Of a stretch of DNA of 64,000 nt, positions 51,140 through 64,000 are shown piece by piece. The stretch lies in the NCBI GenBank assembly GCA_964016885.1, contig OZ024746.1:70494001-70558000 (forward strand). The letters are read 5' to 3'. The stretch is from Eledone cirrhosa (Eukaryota). The position numbers were made by a program, and so were the translations under genes. The notes under the pieces were generated by a model. The model saw nothing but the letters and a program-made list of their open reading frames with translations, had not been told where the DNA came from and searched no databases. The stretch's first letter is position 1. Each line of letters starts with the position of its first letter.

Positions 51140-52746
51140 ATATGACAACACTACTTACAGCCACTTGGCACATAACGCTATAACCCCTAAATATAAGAAG
51201 GCTAACCCTATGGCCTACCACAACATCAACATTGAAGCGAAAGATCTTGCTGCTGCTCTTAAGGTAGATAAGATGCTTCAATGTTTAGCTAAGCGTGAAG
51301 CGTTTCTCACCCTGAAGGATGACAAGGTAGACTTTGCTTCCAATCTCACATGTAGACTACTATACCCGGCACGTACACAAATGGGACTAGTCAGTAAGGC
51401 TATACTTAGAAACATAGTTAAGACCATTAGGACCAAGTCCAACCTGTCCCAGTGGGAAAACAGCCACTCAATCATTAAGTGGTTTAACTCCTTCAATTCC
51501 AAAAAAGCGAAGTTCACACAATTCGACATTGTAGATTTATACCTGTCGATCTCATAGACCCTATTAAACAAGGTGTTGGACTTTGCTACCACTTACACTA
51601 CCGTCCATGTTTTAGACAGGGAGATCATCGCACATTACCGGAAAACCCTCCTCTTCAACAACGGAGTAGCCTGGGCAAAGAAGTCAACCACTTCACAACT
51701 TTTCGACGTCTCCATTGGATTGTTTGACAGTGCTGACATATGCGACTTGGTTGGCCTATTCATTTTAGACATATTACGTGTGAGATTCCCGGACTTCCAC
51801 ACGGGAATATACCGCATCAATGGCCTGACCTTATTGAGCCATTAAAGTGGTCACGAACTGGACCAGTTTGAAACAGACTTAACTTCTACCTTTAATGAGT
51901 TAGGACTTAGGATAACAGAAGCTACCAAGCTCTCTACCGTAGATTTCTTAGACATTTATTTAGACCTTCGCACACATACCTTCAGACCCTTCCAAAAGTT
52001 AAATGAAAAACTTAATTACATACACAAGGACTCATGCCACCCCCCTACTGTTTTTAGAAACTTCGTAAATAATATCAGTACTAGAATCTCTAACCTCTCC
52101 TCTAATAAAGCTATCTTTGACAGAGTGGCATCCTACTATAACACGGTGTTAACTAACAGCGGCTTCTCGCAACCAATTACTTACTCCCCCACTAACAACA
52201 ACAGCAATAAGAAAAGAAATCGTAACAATAGACAAACTATCTGGTTCTCTCCTCCCTTCTCACTCAACGTTAAAACTAATGTAGGAAAAAAATGTTTAGC
52301 CCTCTTAGATAAACACTTTCCCATAGGACACAAATACCGCTGAAGGCCCACATCACCAACAGTCCTAAGAGCGACACCCCACCATGATGCTCTTGCCGAA
52401 AGCCTGAAGCTTGTCCCGTTCAACAGCAATGCAACACACCTGCTGTTGTTTATGAAGCTGTGGTCACTTCCAACTGACCAAATCCTATGTGGGTATGGCG
52501 GTGGGCCGATTTAAGGAACGTTTCCTGAACCAGCAGTCGACCATTAGGTACCCGGACAAACGGTCAGCCACGAAACTCGCGAGCCCCGTACTGTCCCTCA
52601 AGAACTCAGGTATAGACTACTCCATTCAATGGAAAGCCATCACTAAGTCCAAGCCATACGCTAAGGGCAATCTGTCGTGTAGACTGTGTATTGAAGAAAG
52701 GATAAATATTCTAAGGAGATTACACAATAGCGTAATTAGAGAATAA
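51140..52746 (+). mobile_element. Degenerate Naiad-like PLE (unit 4)
   Basis: Paralogue of 11120-12712. Confidence 0.85.
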
Positions 52747-53690
52747 ATTCTGGCTATGGAAACATCAGTTGGAATCAAGAGGACTGAGAGTGAATATAGC
52801 TAGGACAAAAGTGTTGATAAGTAGAAGAGAGGACAATACTCTGATTCCATCAGCGAAATGGCCATGTTCGATATCTAGAAAAGGAACTGGCATAAATTCC
52901 ATAAAATGTACTCAATGCAGATCTTGGGTATGCAAGAGATGTAGTGGGATAACAGGCAAACTGATAGGAAGGGAAAACTACGTATGCTGTAGATGTACAG
53001 GGAAAATTGGCAGTAGTAATCACAGTGATAGACACATTTTTCCAATACAGGTGGTTCTATAGAAGTGGTTGATAGCTTCCGGTACCTAGGTGATCAGATT
53101 AGCATGGGGGGTGGGGGGTCCGAGACCATAGTATCTAGAATAAGAACGGGTTGCAAGAAGTTTAGAGAGCTGCTTCCTCTGTTGACAAAGAAGGGTTTTT
53201 CCCTGCGTACGAATGCACGGTTATATGATGCCTATGTGAGATGCACAATGCTGCATGATAGTGAGACATGGGCAGCAACTGCAGAGGATATGCAACGGCT
53301 GGAGAGAAATGAAGCAAGCATGCTCCGTTGGATGTGCAATATCAATGTGCGTGAACGACCAAGCATAGATGAGTTGAGAAAGAAACTGGGTATAAGAGGG
53401 ATAAGTTGTGGTGTGCAGGAGAGAAGACAGAGATGGTATGGACATGTGATGGACATGGAGGATGACCGCTGGGTAAAGAAGTGCAAAGAAATCCCAGTAG
53501 AAGGAAGACGCAATAGAGGAAGACCACAAAAAACATGGGCGGAGGTGGTGCAAGCAGACCTCAGGTCGCTATACGTCATGGAGGAGATGACGAAGGATTG
53601 TGACAATTGAAGAGATGCTGTGCTGAATAGGACCGTACCACGCTTGCAAATAGGGAAAAGTGGACGTAAAATGATGTTGATGAGGATGAT
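52740..53690 (+). mobile_element. RTE LINE 3' fragment with tail (unit 4)
   Basis: ORF 53065-53610 ..RWYGHV..EGRRNRGRPQKTW; tail GGAAAAGTGGACGTAAAATGATG. Confidence 0.88.
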
Positions 53691-53990
53691 GATATGTATA
53701 TATATATATATATATATAAATGGAAAAGAATGAAATGAAATGAAATTTCTCACTCTTAGAACGGCTGATACTTAAATGTAAGTATGTATACGTACATACA
53801 TATATGTATACAGACTTACAATACATGCACACATATATATATATGTACGTATGGGTTTACCAAACATTTATTATAATGTTCAGTTTGTTTGTAAACAAAC
53901 AGCCTGAATTAAGCCATACAGTATTCGGCAACCATCGTCACCCTTTTGTTCAACACTGACAATATATATACGTATATGTATATATATATG

Positions 53991-54022
<32 letters not shown>

Positions 54023-54806
54023 CAGTGTACAGCCGGTATTCCCCGTCCCAGTTATTTGCAGAATTTTCCTTAGAACCTAACACCAATAATTGTTCAAGGA
54101 GACCACTGCATATTCGTGGAATCGTAAATATCTTCTGTGATTCATTGATGGCTTTTTTCGTGGCAATATATATTTTTTCATACTTTTTAACGTTAAATTA
54201 TTAATAACAATATACCGTATTTGCCAGACTATATATTAAATTATGTTTTGACGTTTATAGGCATTTTTGTGGGCTACGCCCAATATTTGCACTTCTGAAA
54301 CTCTTCACGGGTGCTCTAGGGACATAAACCTCACTAATACAGTGCAACAACTGTATACATATATATATATATGTGTAACAACTGTATACATATATATATA
54401 TATATGTTTCTATACTTTTATATATATATATAAAAATTATTGTCTAAGGAATGGTGTTGGCCTCTAAAACTTCTGACAACACACTCACATCATTACCTCA
54501 AGTGATTGAAGGTCTCTGGATAACACACTAGAACAATACTGTTTGGGTTACATAAAAGAAAAAAAAATATTAAGGAGTAAAACAAAAGCCACAGAAATTT
54601 CTTGCATAAACTAAAAATATTTCTAAGAAGCCAATGATCAAATATGAGCAAGATTTTAATTCCAACAAAAAAATGTATTAAATAAAATTAATGGTAAGCA
54701 ATATTTATAGTTTGTTGAATGTCTCGGCATTAACTTTTGATGTTGGTGTACAATAAGTTATGACTTGTAAGAAGAAAGGTACATCACATTTCATATTTTA
54801 AAGTCT

Positions 54807-57434
54807 TCAGTCAAGTGTGTTACGAACAAAAGATTTCCCACTTATTTCACAGTGGAAAGATTTCTCACCAGTGTGTGTTAGTTTGTGTCTATTTAAGCCA
54901 CTGTTATGAAGAAAAGACTTCCCACATATTTCACAGTGGAAAGATCTCTCACCAGTGTGTGTTAGTTTGTGTCTATTTATGTCACTGTTATGAAGAAAAG
55001 ACTTCCCACATATTTCACAGTGGAAAGATTTCTCACCAGTGTGAGTTAGTTTGTGTTTATTTAAGTGACTGTTACGAAGAAAAGACTTGCCACATATTTC
55101 ACAGTGGAAAGATCTCTCACCAGTGTGTGTTAATTTGTGTCTATTTAAGTCACTGTTATGAAGAAAAGACTTCCCACATATTTCACAGTGGCAAGATTTC
55201 TCACCAGTGTGTATTAGTTTGTGTTTATTTAAGTGACTGTCACGAAGAAAAGACTTGCCACATATTTCACAGTGGAAAGATCTCTCACCAGTGTGTGTTA
55301 GTTTGTGTCTATTTAATTGACTGATATGAAGAAAAGACTTCCAACATATTTCACAGTGGAAAGATTTCTCACCAGTGTGTGTTTTTTTGTGTTTATTTAA
55401 GTTACTGTTATCGACAAAAGACTTGCCACATATTTCACAGTGGCAAGATTTCTCACCAGTGTGTGTTTGTTTGTGTTTATTTAAGTTACTGTTATCGACA
55501 AAAGACTTGCCACATATTTCACAGTGGAAAGATTTCTCACCAGTGTGTGTTTGTTTGTGCCTATTTAAGCTACTCTTACAAACAAAATATTTACCACATA
55601 TTTCACAGTGGAAAGGTGTCTCACCAGTGTGTGTTAGTTTGTGTCTATTTAAGTGACTGTTACAAACAAAAGATTTACCACATATTTCACAGTGGAAAGG
55701 TTTCTCTCCAGTGTGTGTTCTTGTGTGAATTGTTAACTTACTGTTAGAAACAAAGGATTTCCCACATATTTCACAATGGTGGGGTATTTGTCCAGTGTGT
55801 GTTTGTTTGTGTACTGCTAAATGACTGTTACGAACAAAAGATTTCCCACATATTTCACAGCGGAAAGGTTTCTCTCCAGTGTGTGTTAGTTTGTGTCTAT
55901 TTAAGACACTGTTACAAAGAAAAGACTTCCCACATATTTCACAGTGGAAAGATCTCTCACCAGTGTGTGTTAGTTTGTGTCTATTTAAGTCACTCTTACG
56001 AAGAAAAGACTTCCCACAAATTTCACAGTAGCAAGATTTTTCACCAGTGTGTCTTAGTTTGTGTATATATAAACTACTGTTTTGAAGAAAAGACTTGCCA
56101 CATGTTTCACAGTGGAAAGATTTCTCTCCGGTGTGTGTTCTTGTGTGAATTGTTAACTCACTGTTAGAGGCAAAAGATTTCCCACATATTTCACAATGAT
56201 ATGGCTTATCTCCTGTGTGTCTTCTCATGTGTTCTATTAAATGAGGATTAGTCACAAAGGATTTCCCACATATTTCACAATGATATAGCTTCTCTCCAGT
56301 GTGTCTTCTCATGTGTACTATTAAATAAGCATTAGTCACAAAGGATTTCCCACATATTTCACAATAAGGATTTTGTCCTGTGTGTCTTCTCATGTGTACT
56401 GTTAAATAACGATTAGTCACAAAGGATTTCCCACATATTTCACAATGGTGGGGTTTTTCTCCAGTGTGTGTTTGTTTGTGTACTGCTAAATGACTGTTAC
56501 AAAAAAAAGACTTCCCACATATTTCACAGTGACAAGATTTTTCACCAGTGTGTGTTAGTTTGTGTATATTTAAGTGACTGTTTTGAAGAAACGACTTCCC
56601 ACAAATTTCACAGTGGAAAGATCTCTCACCAGTGTGTGTTACTTTGTGTCTATTTAAGTGACTGTTACGAACAAAAGATTTACCACATATTTCACAGTGG
56701 AAAGGTTTCTCTCCAGTGTGTGTTCTTGTGTGAATTGTTAACTTACTGTTAGAGGCAAAAGATTTTCCACATATTTCACAATGATATGGCTTCTCTCCAG
56801 TGTGTGTTCTCATGTGTACTATTAAATAACCATTAGTCACAAAGGATTTCCCACATATTTCACAATGGTGGGGTTTTTCCCCAGTGTGTGTTAGTTTGTG
56901 TCTATTTAAGTCACTGTTACGAACAAAAGATTTACCACATATTTCACAGTGGAAAGGTTTCTCTCCAGTGTGTGTTCTTGTGTGAATTGTTAACTTACTG
57001 TTAGAGGCAAAAGATTTTCCACATATTTCACAATGAAAAGGTCTCTCACCAGTGTGGGTTCTTTTGTGGACTGTTAAATGGCTGTTAGTCACAAAAGAAT
57101 TACCACGTGTTTCATAATGAAATGTTCTCTCTTCAGTGTGTCTACGAATGTGTTCAACAAGGTCAGATGTATAAAGGGAAGATTTCCCAGGTATTTCACA
57201 GTACAACTGTTTTTCTATTGTGTGTGTGTCTTTGTGTGTGGATACTTCATCTTTTGTAGAGAAAGTTTTCCTACAAATCTCACAGCTGTATTCTGGAATA
57301 TTCCTGTGTAAAGTTCCTTCTTCTGTACATATTTCACGCGATAAAGGTTTCTCATCACTGTATGTCTGTGTAACTGTATCTATATTGGTGGAAACTGGTG
57401 TGTTAGAAATGTTCAATTGTTTAACGTCCTCCAT
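54807..57434 (-). CDS. Poly-C2H2 zinc-finger protein, copy 5 (875 aa, ~27 complete fingers)
   Basis: Uninterrupted ORF; first array finger has lost both Cys (FHYETRG). Confidence 0.92.
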   Translation of the reverse strand: MEDVKQLNISNTPVSTNIDTVTQTYSDEKPLSREICTEEGTLHRNIPEYSCEICRKTFSTKDEVSTHKDTHTIEKQLYCEIPGKSSLYTSDLVEHIRRHTEERTFHYETRGNSFVTNSHLTVHKRTHTGERPFHCEICGKSFASNSKLTIHTRTHTGEKPFHCEICGKSFVRNSDLNRHKLTHTGEKPHHCEICGKSFVTNGYLIVHMRTHTGEKPYHCEICGKSFASNSKLTIHTRTHTGEKPFHCEICGKSFVRNSHLNRHKVTHTGERSFHCEICGKSFLQNSHLNIHKLTHTGEKSCHCEICGKSFFCNSHLAVHKQTHTGEKPHHCEICGKSFVTNRYLTVHMRRHTGQNPYCEICGKSFVTNAYLIVHMRRHTGEKLYHCEICGKSFVTNPHLIEHMRRHTGDKPYHCEICGKSFASNSELTIHTRTHTGEKSFHCETCGKSFLQNSSLYIHKLRHTGEKSCYCEICGKSFLRKSDLNRHKLTHTGERSFHCEICGKSFLCNSVLNRHKLTHTGEKPFRCEICGKSFVRNSHLAVHKQTHTGQIPHHCEICGKSFVSNSKLTIHTRTHTGEKPFHCEICGKSFVCNSHLNRHKLTHTGETPFHCEICGKYFVCKSSLNRHKQTHTGEKSFHCEICGKSFVDNSNLNKHKQTHTGEKSCHCEICGKSFVDNSNLNKHKKTHTGEKSFHCEICWKSFLHISQLNRHKLTHTGERSFHCEICGKSFLRDSHLNKHKLIHTGEKSCHCEICGKSFLHNSDLNRHKLTHTGERSFHCEICGKSFLRNSHLNKHKLTHTGEKSFHCEICGKSFLHNSDINRHKLTHTGERSFHCEICGKSFLHNSGLNRHKLTHTGEKSFHCEISGKSFVRNTLD

Positions 57435-58439
57435 ATTAATTCTTGAAGAATTCTTGAAAGTTGAGAAATATCTGTGATTATATTTTATTATTCTTCAATT
57501 TCTCGTAGCAAAGTAATTCCTCTCGAAGTGCTACATATATATTATTGTAAACAAAAAGACTTCAAATTCAATGTTAGGAAATTTGGTTGTGATTAATGCA
57601 TGCTATGTAGTCTAAAATATATATTGTCTATAAATGACTGATAGCCGATGTTCTGGTAAAATAGACGTTCTTCCACTAGATTGTAATGGAACTCTCGGTT
57701 GACACAACTGTAAAGTAAGAATAGATATGACAGTGTAAGACAGATGTCGGGGAAAGAAAATGTATTGTATGTATATATATTTGTGGTGAGATGGCGGTCG
57801 GTATGATCATGTGTTTATTTCTCTATGTTGACCTAATAAAATAAGTTTGTTTATCACGGAGTGTAGAAAAGTACACAATATCTGCTGTGTTGACAATACA
57901 AATAATACGTACTTTATATTTCAAGTCCAAGTGTAAAGTCAAGAAAGCTAATTGTTGGTGATTTAAACTTGTTTCTTTCAGTCCTTTAAATAGTAGAATA
58001 ACCAATTGATGAGGTAGTGTAGTTTCTGATGAAATGAAATATTTAATCATGTAGATGCTGGAACACCGATCCTGAAACATGTAGATCACCATATATTTAC
58101 CACAAAATAGTAACATCCAACTTAACATTGGATAATTACTGGACAAATTATAATAATATCAATTAAAATTATAATTAATATGCAAGGTACCCGGTGACGT
58201 TGTTCATGGTTCACTATCCAGAATGACATCGGTGTTATACGTTTAAAATCCCTGACATAATGTAATACCTTCAGTTATATTAGTATCCAACTCGTGGTAA
58301 AGGAAACAACAGCCAGTAAAATGATTGTGATGCATCAACGGGGCAGTCTCTTACTTTGTTGCTTAACCTGCTAGGAATAGCAGCCAAATCGCTCTCTTCA
58401 CGTTTTGATCAACAGAAAGACACAAACACATATATGTAT

Positions 58440-59110
58440 ATATGTATAGAAATTTCGTATTTCGAAAGAAATACGATTTTAGAAAGCGTAGTTGTGCGAA
58501 TAACAAGGGGTGGGGGCTAACGCCCTCTAGTGTTGTCCAGCAGAAGCAAGGGGGACAACCCTCTAAGCATTTCAGGCTTGACTGGCCATCTTCAGGACGA
58601 ATCCTCCCACTGTTCTATTATAAGTTGAGCCAACATATGCAGCTTCATATGCAAATGAGATTAATCACCTCATGTTTTCAAGTGCAGCAGTAGCAAAGCA
58701 GTGGGAGGGATCGTCCTGACGATGGCCAGTCAAGCCTGAAATGCATATAGGCGCTTGGCCCCTTGCTTCTGCTGGACAACACCAGAGGGCGGTAGCTCCA
58801 CGGTGTCCGCATAGCTTCGGCTTCCTAAATTCGTATTTCTTTCGAAATACGAAATTTCTATATATATTGTATAAAACAATGCTTGAAGTGGAATCCTATT
58901 TCTTTTCTATTATAACTTGAGTCAACTTATGCAGCGTCATATGCAAATGCGATTAAACACCCTCATTTACACGGACGAGAAAACTATATGTTCTCGGCTG
59001 TTTTCAAGTCCAGCAGTCGCAGAGCAGTGGGAAGGATAGTCCTGACGAAGGCCAGTCAAACCTGAAATGCATAGACGGTTGTCCCCCTTGCTTCTGATGG
59101 ACAACACCAT
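58440..59110. mobile_element. Hammerhead repeat module, unit 5 (all three copies present)
   Basis: Copy a ~58558-58602 (-) CTGAAGA with stem I/III substitutions; copy b ~58709-58755 (+); copy c 59036-59080 (+) intact. Confidence 0.78.
59036..59080 (+). ncRNA. Minimal type I hammerhead ribozyme (unit 5, copy c)
   Basis: atagtc-CTGACGA-AGGccagtcaaaCCT-GAAA-tgca-TA-gacggtt. Confidence 0.7.
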
Positions 59111-60233
59111 ACCAACGTAGTCTTCTCTCAAGTAAACAGCATCTGATCCCTCTTATTCCTAATTTCTCACTTAGTTCATTTATGTTTTGCCGTTTGGGTA
59201 TATTAGTATTACACATCCAACGGAGCATGCATGCTTCGTTCCTCTCCAGTCTGCACAGCTCCTCTGCACACAATGCCCATGTCTCACTGCCATGTAACAT
59301 TGCTGTTCATATACAAGCATCATGCAATCTGCCTTTCATTTTTTGAGAGAAACCTTTAGTGACCAATAGTGGTATAAGCTCTCTGAACTTTTTCCATCCC
59401 GTTCTAACTCTGGCTACTGTATTTTCAGAGCACCCTCCACCACTGTTGATTTTGTCACCCAGGTAACGGAAAGTGTCCACTATTTCTATAGAACCATCAG
59501 GGCTAATATCCTGTGGGCATTTGCTACTTATTGCACCTGAGCAGCGGCCACATATAAAATTTACGTTCTTGGATAGCTTACCTGTGATCCCACTACATCT
59601 TTATGTATCCATAGTATGCATTTGGGACATAAAATGGAATTATCTGCCTACTCCTTTCCTACACACTGAGCATGGTCATTTCCCAGAGGGCACCTTTTCC
59701 CCTATTTTCCGTTCTCCATACTAGAACTTTAGTCTTAGACAAGTTAACTTTAAGGCCTTTTAATCTAGGCCATGCTTCCATGTTTGGAATTTCTTCTCTA
59801 GTTCAGCCATCGATTCAGCTATGAGAGTTAGATCATCTGTGTATAGAAGTTCCCATGGGAAGCCGGACTTGAACTCCTCTGTTATAGCCTGGAGGGCAAT
59901 AATAAATACCTGACACAAACCCAAACTGCATTTCATCTAGATCAATTCGCTTTCTGATTAGTTGTGCTTTAACTCTTTCTGTAACCTTCATGACCTGGTC
60001 AACTAACATAATGCCTCTATAGTTTCCCCTATCTAGGGCATCTCCTTTACCCTTGTAGCAGTTAATGATGCTGCTGCTACACCAGTCATTTGGTATGACC
60101 CCATTCTGTATTACTTGGTTTACTATCCGGGTGACTATAGTATGTCCCACCATTCCAGATGCTTTCAACATCTCAGTAACTATCTCCGACGGTCCAGCTG
60201 CCTTGCCTGTCTTCATATCTTTGATTGCCTTAC

Positions 60234-60235
<2 letters not shown>
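59110..60235 (-). mobile_element. RTE LINE fragment (unit 5)
   Basis: Paralogue of 5820-6960. Confidence 0.87.
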
Positions 60236-60293
<58 letters not shown>

Positions 60294-60380
60294 TAGCTGG
60301 CCCGTCCGGCTGCCCCACCGCTCCACTGCTAAAATACCACACACCATCCCGTGTTACATTGTCCTTCCGACTCTCTCTCT

Positions 60381-60580
60381 NNNNNNNNNNNNNNNNNNNN
60401 NNNNNNNNNNNNNNNNNNNNNNNNNNNNNNNNNNNNNNNNNNNNNNNNNNNNNNNNNNNNNNNNNNNNNNNNNNNNNNNNNNNNNNNNNNNNNNNNNNNN
60501 NNNNNNNNNNNNNNNNNNNNNNNNNNNNNNNNNNNNNNNNNNNNNNNNNNNNNNNNNNNNNNNNNNNNNNNNNNNNNNNN
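60381..60580. other. Assembly gap (200 N)
   Basis: Run of N; interrupts the unit-5 Helitron-like element ~90 bp from its CTAG end. Confidence 0.99.
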
Positions 60581-61260
60581 CATAGGTGAGACAGCTCGTA
60601 GTATAGGGGAACGAATAAATGAACACTGGCGAGACCTTCAAGATAATAAAGAATCATCTGTGCTCTACCAACATGCTAAGATAGAACACAGGGGTAGATT
60701 AGAGAACATAGAAATAAAAATAGAATCCACACACAGAAAAGATGCAATGTTTAGGCAAATTACAGAGGCAGTAAGCATAAAAGAATTACAACCAAAATTA
60801 AATAGAAAATATGAGTGGAACAGCAACATCACAACTTACAATTAAGGACAAAATGAAAACACACACACACATAGAACAAACAACCAACCAACAATAAATA
60901 AATAAATAAATAAACAAATAGATAAATGAACACAAACACACACAGACACCTGGATGTGGCGCATGCGCAAACTGAGCACACAACACACACACAGAAACAA
61001 AATGGCGTAGGATAGAAGAAAGGAAAGGCACAGAAACAAAGAAAGGAATCCCCAGTCACTGAAGAGGTCACAGAGTGTGTGACGAAAGGACTATGACTAT
61101 ATATAAACAACTATCTGGTTGTGGAACCAACCAACCAACCAGAAATTTATAAGTTTGTAGATTTGTAAATTTATAAATTTATAAATATATAATAAATTGA
61201 AGTGAAAGCAACTGGTGCGTGTGTTTCTTATTGGCAACATGACCCTCCCAAAGTATAACA
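60581..61260 (+). mobile_element. Penelope-like element 3' end (GIY-YIG C-terminus + 3' UTR/pLTR)
   Basis: IGETARSIGERINEH..SVLYQHA..RQITEAVSIKELQPKLNRKYEW to stop at ~60845, followed by a hammerhead motif. Confidence 0.85.
61054..61098 (+). ncRNA. Minimal type I hammerhead ribozyme, family 3
   Basis: AGTCA-CTGAAGA-gGTCACagagtgtGTGAC-GAAA-ggac-TA-TGACT: perfect 5-bp stem I, 5-bp stem II, CUA triplet, same strand as the upstream GIY-YIG ORF. Confidence 0.8.
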
Positions 61261-63930
<2,670 letters not shown>

Positions 63931-64000
63931 CATCATCATCAACGTTTAACGTCCGTGTTCCACGCTTGCATGGGTTTGGACGGGGGTAGTCCCATTTGAG

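Noticed and set aside
60065-60657. ORFs spanning 60381-60580
   Set aside because: Artefacts of translating the N gap; only 60581-60845 is real (PLE endonuclease).

Overview
AT-rich, microsatellite-laden animal genomic DNA. The repeat complement and gene content fit a coleoid cephalopod such as Octopus (inference). The window is almost entirely a head-to-tail tandem array of five ~11-17 kb segmental-duplication units. Each unit carries one minus-strand poly-C2H2 zinc-finger gene with an uninterrupted coding region (13-29 fingers; ATGs at 4192, 17852, 34750, 46166, 57434; copy 4 frameshifted, copy 2 truncated). Each also carries the same train of decayed elements: a ~326-nt hammerhead-ribozyme repeat module ~0.7-1.6 kb upstream of the ATG, RTE LINE fragments, a non-autonomous Helitron containing a CRE-like retrotransposon piece, a ~290-bp palindrome beside a Penelope-like (PLE) 3' end with a second hammerhead family, and a degenerate Naiad-like PLE. 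Copy-specific insertions are a 3-kb PLE with one in-frame TGA in its GIY-YIG domain, a Chapaev3 DNA transposon with TTA target-site duplication, a further PLE RT fragment and tRNA-derived SINEs. A 200-N gap at 60381-60580 interrupts unit 5. It is followed by a PLE 3' end with a well-formed hammerhead and ~2.7 kb of (TA)n-type repeat. The most notable signal missed by the ORF track is the set of type I hammerhead ribozyme motifs (at least three sequence families), one of them co-amplified with the zinc-finger genes. Element boundaries were read by eye and are approximate unless stated.
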